Shown: one piece after another, positions 26,282 to 37,253 of the stretch | Numbering within the stretch: the first letter of the stretch is position 1 | Layout of the letters: the number at the start of each line of letters is the position of its first letter | Assembly (NCBI RefSeq): GCF_964204865.1 | Contig: NC_135253.1 | Span: 3,472,001 to 3,536,000, forward strand | Length of the DNA: 64,000 nucleotides | Direction of reading: 5' to 3' | Origin: Styela clava | Taxonomy: Eukaryota | Position numbers and translations under genes: made by a program | The notes under the pieces: generated by a model | Databases searched by the model: none | Told to the model about the DNA's origin: nothing | What the model saw: only the letters and a program-made list of their open reading frames with translations

Positions 26282-27158
26282 ATGGAAAGTTGCATCCAGA
26301 ACGCAGTTTTCCTAACTTTAATCTCATTCGCGATTTCTGTTCGCATAAACGCCAGTTGCGAATACGACATATTCGAAGACGATTGGTGTAAACATACTGT
26401 AAAAACCGCTACAATGAGATCTACAATGTTTTACCGAGCTGGTGAAAAGTGGAAAGATGGGCCGTGCGTTGATTGCAGTTGCGGTCCGGAGACTTACAAG
26501 GTATGTATCATTACAATGATATTAATAATTGTTTGGAAAATGAGAAAGTTTGATGATTTTTTTTTTGTTAATTTTCGCAGACTGTCCTGAACTGCTCGCT
26601 GGAAGTGGAAAATGGAAAGGCAAGATCTGATGAAGCCGAATCCTATTTTATAAATATTGATAATGTGTATCCAACATCATGTCCGTTTGGTTTCACCGAA
26701 ATTACAACAGAAAACAGAGATCTGGCATCTCAAATGTTTATAGTCTATCGAGTTGTTGACACAGTTTCCAAAACGTGCTGTACCAGGTGAGTGATGTTAA
26801 AATTAAATCACTGAGCCATGTAATATATATGAATACTTTCTACTAAGCACATATGTAACAGTAAATTCTTTAGTTTACAAACAATGAGCAGGCAAGCGTC
26901 ATGTGCGATAGTAACCTTCGCAAATAGGAGTTCAGAAAGCAAAAATGTGAAACAGGATTCCTATTACTACAAGTTCATAATACAATACCATAGTTTGTTT
27001 ATAACTCCAACGTATCGCGATTATGTTTTTGCAGAATGAATCCGAGTGAAATCCCCGAAGAATGTGAAGCAATACGCTCCGACGAATGCGAATATAAATT
27101 TGTTCTGAAATCGAACAATGGTATTCCATGTCCTGGACCAATTTTTATGTCTGGATAA
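26282..27158 (+). CDS. Secreted beta-microseminoprotein-like protein, type 2, copy 1 (182 aa)
   Basis: Exons 26282-26500, 26581-26786, 27035-27158 total 549 nt. Signal peptide; WKDGPCVDCSC...KTCCTR...PEECEAIRSDECEYKFVLKSNNGIPCPGPIFMSG*. Same exon phases as type 1. Confidence 0.9.
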
Positions 27159-27829
27159 AGAAAGAAACATGTCGATAAACTATGAAAATAATTGACATGA
27201 TAGAAACAAGGCGTTAATTCTATATCTGCACCTTTCTGTTATTTTATTGTGAAATTGTGAAAAGAAATCAAATTTGGGTGATTTTATTATCTTGCTTATA
27301 TATAACAATATCCGTAATGTTTTATAAATAAATGTTCTATTGCATCCAATGCGTTGCTATTGCTGTGACAATTGGTAGATGCAAAAATACATGTGTATCG
27401 TGCCTTTATGTCGAAGTTTTGTGTTACATCCTGCGAGAGCTTTATGAAAATACGCAAAAACTTTTTTAACAGGCCGACATTTAGTGTCATCGAGAAGCAT
27501 CTCGTAGAATAGGATTGTTATACTTCCCAGAAAAGAAGAAAACCGACAAGACATAGTATAATTATATAGCAAACCTTTTGTCCAGTCACTTACTTCATTT
27601 AGGTATAAAAAATCCGGATGTATTGTGTACTGAACTGTAAGTTCTTTTGTTCTTTTTCCTTGTTCCTATTTCGGATCCGCATGTGTCTGTTGCCACAAGG
27701 ATGCTTGACTGAGAGAGTATTATAAAGATAAACAGGAATACCATAATCTCTTTCCACGGAATAGCAAGTAAAAAAAAACGCCCAATTGTTTGTTCCCTGA
27801 ATATGGGAATATGAGAACCACGAGAAACG

Positions 27830-28005
27830 TTGTACCACGTTTCCCACTTGACACGTGGTACAAGTGGGACACGTGGTCCAGTGGGACATGTGGGACACGT
27901 GGTACACGTGGGAAAAGTGGTAGACGTGGGACAAGTGGTAGACGTTGGACAAGTGGTACACGTGGGACAAGTGGTACACGTGGGACGAGTGATACAAGTG
28001 GGACA
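27830..28005. repeat. Remnant foldback arm (9-bp units caagtggga/cacgtggta) ending at the duplication junction
   Basis: Counterpart of 44606-44819 but lacks the terminal TIR; joined to FUT exon-1 sequence at 28009. Confidence 0.88.
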
Positions 28006-28050
28006 TTACATGGAGATTACAATGGTGAACAGATGGTAGACATTAAATAC

Positions 28051-31000
28051 CGGTGTCTCAAAAATGTCGTTTCCCACTTGTCCCACTTGTCCCACGTGTC
28101 CCACGTGTCCCACTTGTCCCACGTGTCCCACGTGTCCCACTTGTCCCACGTGTCTCACTTGTCCTACGTGTCCCACTTGTTCCGCTTGTGCCACTTGTCC
28201 CACTTGTCCCACATGTCCCACTTGTATCCCTTTTGCCACGTGTACCACTTGTCCCACCTGTCCCACTTGTACCACTTGTATCCCTTGTCCCACGTGTCCC
28301 ACCTGTCCCACTTGTAACACTTGTACCACTTGTCCCACGTGTACCACTTGTACCACTTGCCCGACGTGTCCCACTTTTCCCACTCGTCCCACATGTCCCA
28401 CGTGTACCACTTGTCCCACTTGCCCCACGTGTCCCACGTGTCCCACTTGCCCCACGTGTCCCACGAGTCCCACCTGTCCCACGTGTCCCACTTGTACCAT
28501 GTGTACCACTTGTATCCCTTGTGCCACGTGTACCACTTGTACCACGTGTACCACTTGTACCACTTGTCCCACATGTCACACTTAACCCACTTGTCCCACT
28601 TTTTCACGGGCCCCACGTGTCCCGCGTGCCCCACTTGTCCCATCGATTTTTATTGCCGATATCGGTCGGGGGAGGAGGTATCGGCCGTGTTACTCTGTGC
28701 GTTATCACTGTAGCGCTATAAACCTCGCCAGACTTTTTTCGTATTCACCATATTTTTTTTTTGGTTATCGCTGATAAATACGAATTTGTAACTATTATTG
28801 AATGCAATTCAGTAAAGCGTATTTTCTTCCCTCGGTTCCTGACTCAATCACTTTTATTATACAAATCAGAGCGCATTGTAAAGCAAATCAGGTACAGGTA
28901 AGAATTAACCGACGGCTATCGCTAACAGGTTGAACCGATAAATGCAAGTATTTTTATTTTTGTTTTCTTTTTGCACCTATCATATTTTTAATTTCTAATC
29001 TTGCATAAAGCACGCCCATATCGTTTTTCGTAAATTTAGAATTGTCGAACCAGATAAGTACGACTGGTAATTATTGTATTCCATGGAAATTTTACGAGAT
29101 ATTTGGGACTGGAAGAAATATTATTTTGACCACGTAGAAATGCCATTATTGCCGTATTTCCGAGCGGCATCCGAGTAATAGTTTCACATTTAATGCCTTT
29201 GATCGGCGCTACATGCGAGCGTGTTTTTGTACTTTGTTTTTGTACGATTATGACGCTACTGACATCCGCGAGTTATACTACTCTCCCAAATTAGTTTTCA
29301 CGACTTCTAATGTTTTCATTTTCAAATGTGGGTACAACTGACTACGGATTAATGGTCGATATTTGAAATAGGGCTTGCGAAATATTCATTATAAACCGCC
29401 AGGTAAAGAGAGGCGTACTAAACGTATTTGGATTTTCGCTGTGAACGACGCATCCTTTTCAGCTTATTAAACGCCTTACGTCGTCGTGAATTGACCCCCC
29501 ATCCCCCGTTGGAAATTTTTTAGCTGTGCCCATGTCGGTATTTATCTGATATCAACCCGGCTATATTCCGGCACTGATAGACCAGGTCATAATTTGTCAC
29601 CCATGTTATCAATAAACAAAAATTTCGTGCTTGCTATTACCAGAAATTCTATTTTGCTGAATGAAAGTGCGACCCGCGACCAGCAAACGTGTTGTTGCGA
29701 ACAAGCGCAAGGATTGTGGATTGTGACGTCCACCACGAAACGAAATTGTTTGTCGAACATGCAAAAAACCAGACCACATACAGAAGCACTGCAACTTTGG
29801 GAAACAAAATGAACGAACGGAAGAGACGACGAGACCAATTATTACGTCAAGACCAAGTGGAACAGAAGCCGCGCCATCTTCACCTGAAGTCCCACATGGA
29901 CGGAAAAATGCACAAAAATTTAGATTTCACACCGGGCGAACGGACTACTACAACCTTAAGGTCCATATATGATAGATTCAGATTAAAAACGTATGACCCA
30001 CCAAAATTACACGTAGCACGTGATTGGCACTCCACACATCTCTTGGACCGCACATTGAAAAAACACTTTACGAATATCGAACGACAATCTGCATACCTCA
30101 TAGCCTTGGATGGGTTTTTGTTTGGAAATAGAAAGTGGCGTTACAGAATTGTCCGCCGAGATGCAAACTATATCGACCATTAAAACTAAATTGTAAATTT
30201 TGCGCGAACAATAATGATACAACGAAACACATATTTCTTGAATGCCCAAAATACCTAGTAATACATAAGAAAATTAGGCTGACTCTGGAAAAAATCTGCG
30301 GCAAAAAACTAGATGTTCCCCCACAATCAATTTTTGACAATTCCTATTCAGGCGAAAACAAATTGGCAATTCTGAAAATGTACAGTATTCTTAAATTGAA
30401 ACCCATCACTCTCAAATATACTATGGATAGAGAAAACAGATATGTGAATCAAACAGATATATCTTCAATACTCAGAACTGTCTACCGGAAATTTAAAGAC
30501 TGGATTTTTATAACCATAGACCGATATGGTTCGGCAGATGTGTACGCTCTATCCAAAAACTGGAAATCAACGTTAGATGGATGATATAGAGCGTGCGACA
30601 TCAAATGACAAATCTACAGGATGCACAACATGGAGCCAACTCATCAGTCACCACAAATGGTAGCTGAATTTCATCTTATCAGTGCCCGATACGCCAGCAC
30701 CGCTGTGTAAAAAGCTTGTGCTTGCAAATCGCCTCATGGTCATCGAATGGTTGTTGTAACTACCCATGTACCAGCTAAATTGGCCGATGTATTTGTTTCG
30801 AAATTTGGCGGATTTAAAAAAAATATAAGTAATACCATCCTAAATCGCGGATTTGATGTAAGGAAGCTTACCATATTAGTTTGGTAAAGACGATCCATTT
30901 TTCAAAGAAGAATGAGTCTTATACTTCCGTTGGCATTATCGGTCATGGAGGCATTGGGCTGGATTTCGGTAATGTCATCCTGATGACCTGATCCGTCATA

Positions 31001-32355
31001 AGAAAAAAAAAGTTTTGTTCACATATATCTCATTCGCCGAATATTTTGTCCATATGATTCCGTTTATCATACTTCTCATTCACCAGATATTTTGATATAT
31101 ATATTTCGTTTCCCTCATAAAACAGTCGTCGTGATTATTCGCTCGTTAAAAAAAAACGACTTGTGAGTGAGACTTGTCTGTGGCGTATAATTTTCAATCC
31201 ATGGCAATTAACTTAATTATGTCTAACTTAACTCGCGTTACGACTTTTAAATACATTGATACTCTAAAAAAACAAATGTAATATGTGGTCATAAACACAT
31301 GAGATAAACTGTCTAATTATATTTTATTTTGATAGGTATCTTTGCAATCTTGTTAATTCGTTATCGCCATTAGGAATCCGTATTTTTGCAATTTTGCGGA
31401 TTAGAGAAATCTGTACCTGTAACTACGATCCGTTCAATTGCAATTCTGCCACTCGGATTATTTTTAAGATATAACCGTTATTATCCCACGACGTAAAATC
31501 TATTTTAGTACAATGAAAGTCGATTGGATTCATTAATTTATCATCATAATTAATTTACCTTTACAATCCGCGTCGCGTTTTCAACTTTGTATAATGATAA
31601 CACTGAAACTTTCGGCAGCAATATAAAGAAATGGATAAAAAGATAAATCCAACGCGCAATTATTTTTTTTATTTAAGTGATGGTATGGTTTCCAACGCTA
31701 ACCAACCATAATACCAAAACAATCGACCATTTTAGCAAAATGCACGCAGTATTAGCGACAAGTGGGACATGTGGTACAAGTGGGAAATGTTGTACAAGTG
31801 GGAAACGTGGTTCAAGTGTGACACGTGGTACAAGTGGTACACGTGGTACAAGTGGTACAAGTGACAAAAGTTGTACAAGTGGTACACGTGGTACAAGTGG
31901 TACACATGGTACAAGTGGTACATGTGGTACAAGTGGTACACATGGTACAAGTGGTACAAGTGGTACACATGGTACAAGTGGTACAAGTGGTACACGTTGT
32001 GCAAGTGGTACACATGGTACAAGTGGTACACATGGTACAAAGGGTACAAGTGGGACACGTGGGACAAGTGGTACAAGTAGTACACGTGGGACAAGTGGGA
32101 CAAGTGTTACACGTGGGACAAGTGGGAAAGGTGGGACACGTGGGACAAGTGGGATAAGTGGGATAAGTAGGACAAGTGAGACAAGTGGGACATGTGGGAC
32201 AAGTGGGACAAGTGGAGCAAGTGGGACACGTGGGACAAGTGGGACACGTGGGACAAGTCGGACACGTGGGACAAGTGGGACACGTGGGACAAGTGGGACA
32301 CGTGGGACAAGTGGGACACGTGGGACAAGTGGGACACGACATTTTTGAGACACCC
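28051..32355. mobile_element. Foldback-type (MULE-like) transposon, 4.3 kb, non-autonomous
   Basis: Termini (c)ggtgtctcaaaaatgtcg / cgacatttttgagacaccc. Inverted arms of ~600 bp made of 9-bp units (28051-~28641, ~31757-32355). TSD attaaatac (28042-28050, 32356-32364; 11 bp if the terminal base is assigned to target). Uninterrupted site visible at ~12594 in FUT B. Confidence 0.93.
29680..30584 (+). mobile_element. 3' fragment of non-LTR retrotransposon ORF2 (zf-RVT type, L1/Tx1-like) inside the foldback element
   Basis: Overlapping ORFs 29689-30183 and 30135-30584 join by a frameshift near actatatcga (~30170). CKFCANNNDTTKHIFLECP matches the C-x2-C-x8-H-x4-C finger found C-terminal to RT. Confidence 0.75.
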
Positions 32356-35300
32356 ATTAAATACCACCAATCCTTCAGCAACCAGCAGACTGAACATGAA
32401 CAAATGGAATATAAAGAGTTCTTTCCGCGAACTTGAAATTGACTTCAACGGAGGTATTCCCTCTATTAAAAAAGAGATAGATGATATTTTGGATATGAAA
32501 GGTGGCGATTATAATTCAAATGAATCACCGGAAGTTACAAAGGATGCAACACACACACAAACAACTACCATACGTTCTTCATTTACAACAACTAATAATG
32601 ACTCGATGTACATACAATCAGAGCTGATTCGTAGGCTGAAGGCTTCGACTGACAGAAAGGTTAGTGACTCCTTGTTATTACGTTCATATGTAGCTCAAAG
32701 CAAAAATAAATGAGCCAAATTACTACAAAATAATCCACTTACAAGGTCGCCTTCCGTATTAGATTCCTTTTAGTAAATTCAAAAAGTAAATTTCTACTTT
32801 AACCGGCTAGTATTTGGAATCTTATTCGATTGAAAAATGCATTTCGTGGATTAGAAAGATGAAATTACTGACATGAAAGTTAGATTACCTTATTGAAATA
32901 TTATAATCCTAACATCTAGTAAAATGATATACTCAACAAAATAATATTATATAAATGTATGTTGTCAAAAATGTCACTAAACATCGGGACACGATTGGCT
33001 ATAGTTACTTTACATATGGATCTAACATTTTGGAATAAAATGAACTTCAAGGGGAAGGATGCCCCTGCTCGTTAAGCAGCATAAATATTAAATTACGTCT
33101 ACTTGCACTATGAAATGACATTCGTGATTTCACTTTTACATTCTGTATGTACAACGTGTAATTCCAGTGTGGTAAACTTCTGGGCCATGCCTTCATTGCG
33201 TGAACGTGTCATCGAACTCGCAATGAAAAGTAGAACCGATGCATAGTCATTTTTTTAACCAAATATTTATTTTAGATAATACTTGTCTGGATTCCAATGT
33301 TTGGTGTGAAGGATCCACATCCCATCGACGCTAATAAATGCGGGAATTGTGAAGTAACTTATGACAGAAACAAGGTGAATTCTTTTCAAGTTCTGTCTTA
33401 AATTATATTTTTACCTTGATGTATTTATTTCAAAAATTTCAGGTTGTACATTTTTGCGCATAAACAGTTGAAAAGGTTTTGATCTTTTAGCATAGTTAGT
33501 GGTAATAGAAATATGTTGCCATGTTCACTGAATTTAAATATCAGAACTGAATCAAATGCATGTGTTTATGTAGCATTATTTTAACTGAAATATCGTTTAA
33601 ATTTGTGTTCGAATTATATACAATTCTCAGTGGTGGAAATCATAGATATATACTCGTAATATAAAAAAAATATCAATGACTGCGAGATACTATTTACCCC
33701 AATCCTATTTGTGTACACAAATGCAGATAAATGACGAGCAAACTGGGGCAGTTGTGTTTCACTTTGATGCAATTAGAGCTAACAACATGCCATCTACGAG
33801 GTAGGTCCAAAATTTGAATGCTAGTTGAAATTCAATATCCTGAAAGCCAGTAGGCTTAGAGAAGGATCAACTTATGCTTATGTGTTTCATCTAATGCCAT
33901 TTTAACACGGGATATGTGTTTCATATTTCCAATACTAACAAGTTTCAAAACCTTCCTTACTGAGTTATAAATATATCGTTCAGGTTCCATTCTTCCCAAA
34001 ATAGCTACAAAAATATTATACAGTGATGTTTATTCGTTTACGGATTTCTCTTCAGAAACCTTAGTCAACTTTACATATACTGAGACCTGGAATCGACTGC
34101 AACCCTGCGCGTCGTCAGAGGACATTCCTTACAGTTCGAGGACAATTTTCATTTTAATGGGACCATGACATACAGGTTAGGTCCCTTTAGATATTGCCAA
34201 ATCTAAAATTTATATGAAATCTGTTAGATATGTTTTTTGTTTTGTTTCTAGTCATATCTATGTTGCAGGAGATCAACACACAAATTAATAGACACAAAAC
34301 TACTTTATGTATCTTTGTCATATGTCGTTTGTGGGGAGTCAGCTTTCCATTTCTGCCGTGTCGCATTTTTTCCAAAAGCCCACAAAACTTCGCGGTGGCT
34401 CAACAGCTACATGAACATTATCAACAATAAATTTATCAACATGTCTAAAGTCTCAAAAATCGATCAAATATATTGAACTTCATTGTTAATCAATTTTATC
34501 TTGCTCATAAACATAATCCAGGCGAAGGTCGCTACGCTACCCGCGAGGGAAATGTAAGGAAAAGATTTGAGTATAAAAAAGCGGATGTTATATAATGAAT
34601 TTGATGGTTGCACCGTGTCGTTGCGCCCAGTCCCTTTAGTCCATTAAGTAGTTTAAATAATACGTCATAAACTGATCACTCTTAATGGAAGTCGATTTCT
34701 ATCAATTTTAGGGTCTGTGTTCACTCAACCGTGACGAAATTATTTTGTCATTATCTTCACTGTATATACCTTGTGTGGCCCAAATATGACATCCCCATCT
34801 ATTACCATTCTCGAGATATGACCTAAAATCACTGGAGCGTGACTGACATGTGGGAGAAAAAAATTCTACCTAAGTGACAAGTGATAGGTAATAATAATAC
34901 ATTCTCGAGCTCGAACACAATTTTAGCTTTCATGGGAATCTTGGCACGTAGGTCTTGGATAGTGTCCACATAACCCAGGAAATTTCATTGCGATCTGGCC
35001 AGAGGAAGGGGGTTTCTGTGAGTTGGAGGCGGGTACCTGTCACTGAAGACACACTCGAATAACTTTGTGATTTAGAGGTTTAGCGTCGTTTTCCAGGATG
35101 GCAAAGCGTTTCTCCGATCATTGCAAACTTCCAAGTATACTTTTGGCAGTGAGGTTCGTGGTCCTGAATTAGAGTAGTTAGACAATACTTCTGAATTTTA
35201 AACCTAACATAACCAATCAATTTTGTACATTTACATGTCTCTTTGTGCATGTAGTCATATTTAGTAGACATCAAACCCAAATTGTCATACATTTAATATT

Positions 35301-37152
35301 TTCCAATGGGAATGCCATGGGATGGGATAGGACAGGCATAAATTGCTAAGGGCTGAAGTGGGATGGGACAGAAAGATATGTCCCATGGACAAGCTTGCGT
35401 ATCTGTAAACACACATCTACGAATGTGGTGTGAGAGCCTCTAGTCTAGAGTCTAAAGATTGTTTCATATTGCGTTTACCTACGAATTCGCGATCACAAAA
35501 TTGCGCTATATTTGTAAATATTTACATTATACTTTTTTATTGAAAGGCACTTCTCAAAAATAAAAATATCTCATGTTTTCATGCGGTGAAAACGTGATAT
35601 TTGTCAGTATTCATAATTTTCCTACTCCATCGACAAGAGTTTAATCAACAAGAGTTTATTATAATATTTAACCCATCGTGGATCGCCCTGTATAAACATG
35701 TTTGCAAAATAACGCCTTCCAAAGAAAGGCCTATGCATTATTATGTGAAATGTTACGGTATTCTTTTCAATAAATGATTAATATTTACTCAATCGAATTT
35801 TATTTTTTTGAAAACGAAATCACCGCATCAGGGTGTAGAATAAATCCCTAATTTCATGTATCTATAGCTAAGTAAATTTGAAGCACCCAAGTTGCGTATT
35901 TTCAAATTTTTACAGGCGGGATTCGGATTTCTATCAAAGTTATGAACACGGATATAATGTGGCAAGAATCTTGGAGGAAAACACTCGTACACCCGAAGAA
36001 CTGCTCGCTATGAAAACCAAACTATCTGTAGCAATTGTCTCAAACTGTGGCTACACTCCTGGAGCACGCACTCGAATAAAAATGCTTAAGGAGCTTATCG
36101 GATTGGGATTCAAGCTAGAAGGATTTGGTGGATGCTTTAAAGGTGGTAAATTTGCTAATGGTAAAGGCCGAGGCGAGCCGGAATTCTTCGTTGAAGTGAG
36201 AAAATACAAATTCTATTTTTCGTTTGAAAATTCTCATCACTGCAAAGACTACATTACTGAGAAGTTTTTCAATAATGCCATCAGAACATTGACTGTACCT
36301 GTTGTATGGGGAGCAAATAAAAAGGATTACGAAGCAGTGGCCCCACCAGGATCATTTATATTTGCTGAAGATTTTGCTTCTATGAAAGATTTAGCAGATT
36401 ATCTCAATTATCTAGATAAGAACGACACGGCATATCTAGAGTATCTTAAGTAAGTTATTACGATCAATAAATAATTTCTACTACATTGTTTTTCTAACGC
36501 ACGAGATGGTGAGAAAAAAACTAAGCTTAAAACTATAGTGTATTTAGGGTACTCCCGCGGTATGTGTACCAGGTTAGAGTTAGGCCATAATTTTATTCTG
36601 ATATTTGGTACTATTACGAGTTCGGGGGCTGTCTGTGTTAGCCAAGTGAATATACCATACCCCCTGTCCGTAGGTTTCAGTCCCTTCACCCAACTTGATG
36701 TGAAGTAGGCGAACAAAATTAGTTACCTTCATATTGGTACACACACTTCTGGAGGACCGTATTTAGAACATTATTATTTGTGAATTTTGATATATAAATT
36801 GACTAAATTATCCGTTCATCCGTAATGAATTTTATCAACGGAAAATTTGATGAAAGTCCAGGTGGCCGCCGATTCATGATATGTTTTGTGGCCGGATTTA
36901 TTTAGAGTTTTGTTACTTGCCACAAGCTGCTGAGATTAATCAGATATTGATGATTCGATGCGAGCCATTAACATAATGGTTTTCGTGGTTCTTATCGCGC
37001 GATTATTTTGAAATATAATTGAATACAACTTTCGCCGTTTTTCAACATTTTCTATATTTGTTTTATTTAAGTAGTATTTTTGAATTTAGGGTTCATTAGA
37101 CGAATTCTTTAATTTTACCTGCTTAATTTACAATGCAGTTGTAAATTCCGTT

Positions 37153-37253
37153 ACTGAAGTATTCGCACCAAGATGGCGCACAACCTGAACTCAGGTTGTG
37201 TACCAGGTTAAGGTTCAGGTTATGCGACATCTTGGTGCGCATACTTCAGGAGT
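37153..37253. mobile_element. Palindromic mini-element copy
   Basis: Same inverted repeat as 3368-3458 with the full loop, opposite orientation. Confidence 0.72.

Larger units (their letters stand above)
12561..28008 (+). repeat. Segmental tandem duplication, unit 1 (~15.4 kb)
   Basis: Colinear and near-identical to 28009-~44800 across FUT exons and introns, both microseminoprotein-like genes and intergenic DNA, apart from indels and TE insertions. Confidence 0.92.

Noticed and set aside
28064-28585. (TCP)n Cys-rich ORF resembling a metallothionein, plus the GTSGTR, VPLVPR, HLSHV and WDKWYT ORFs here and at 31673-32448 and 44373-44959
   Set aside because: A 9-bp unit is stop-free in most frames on both strands. 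The ORFs lie within transposon arms bounded by TIRs and a TSD and have no gene structure.
27830-32355. CRISPR-like array
   Set aside because: Contiguous tandem 9-mers with no unique spacers, no cas genes, and a eukaryotic context.
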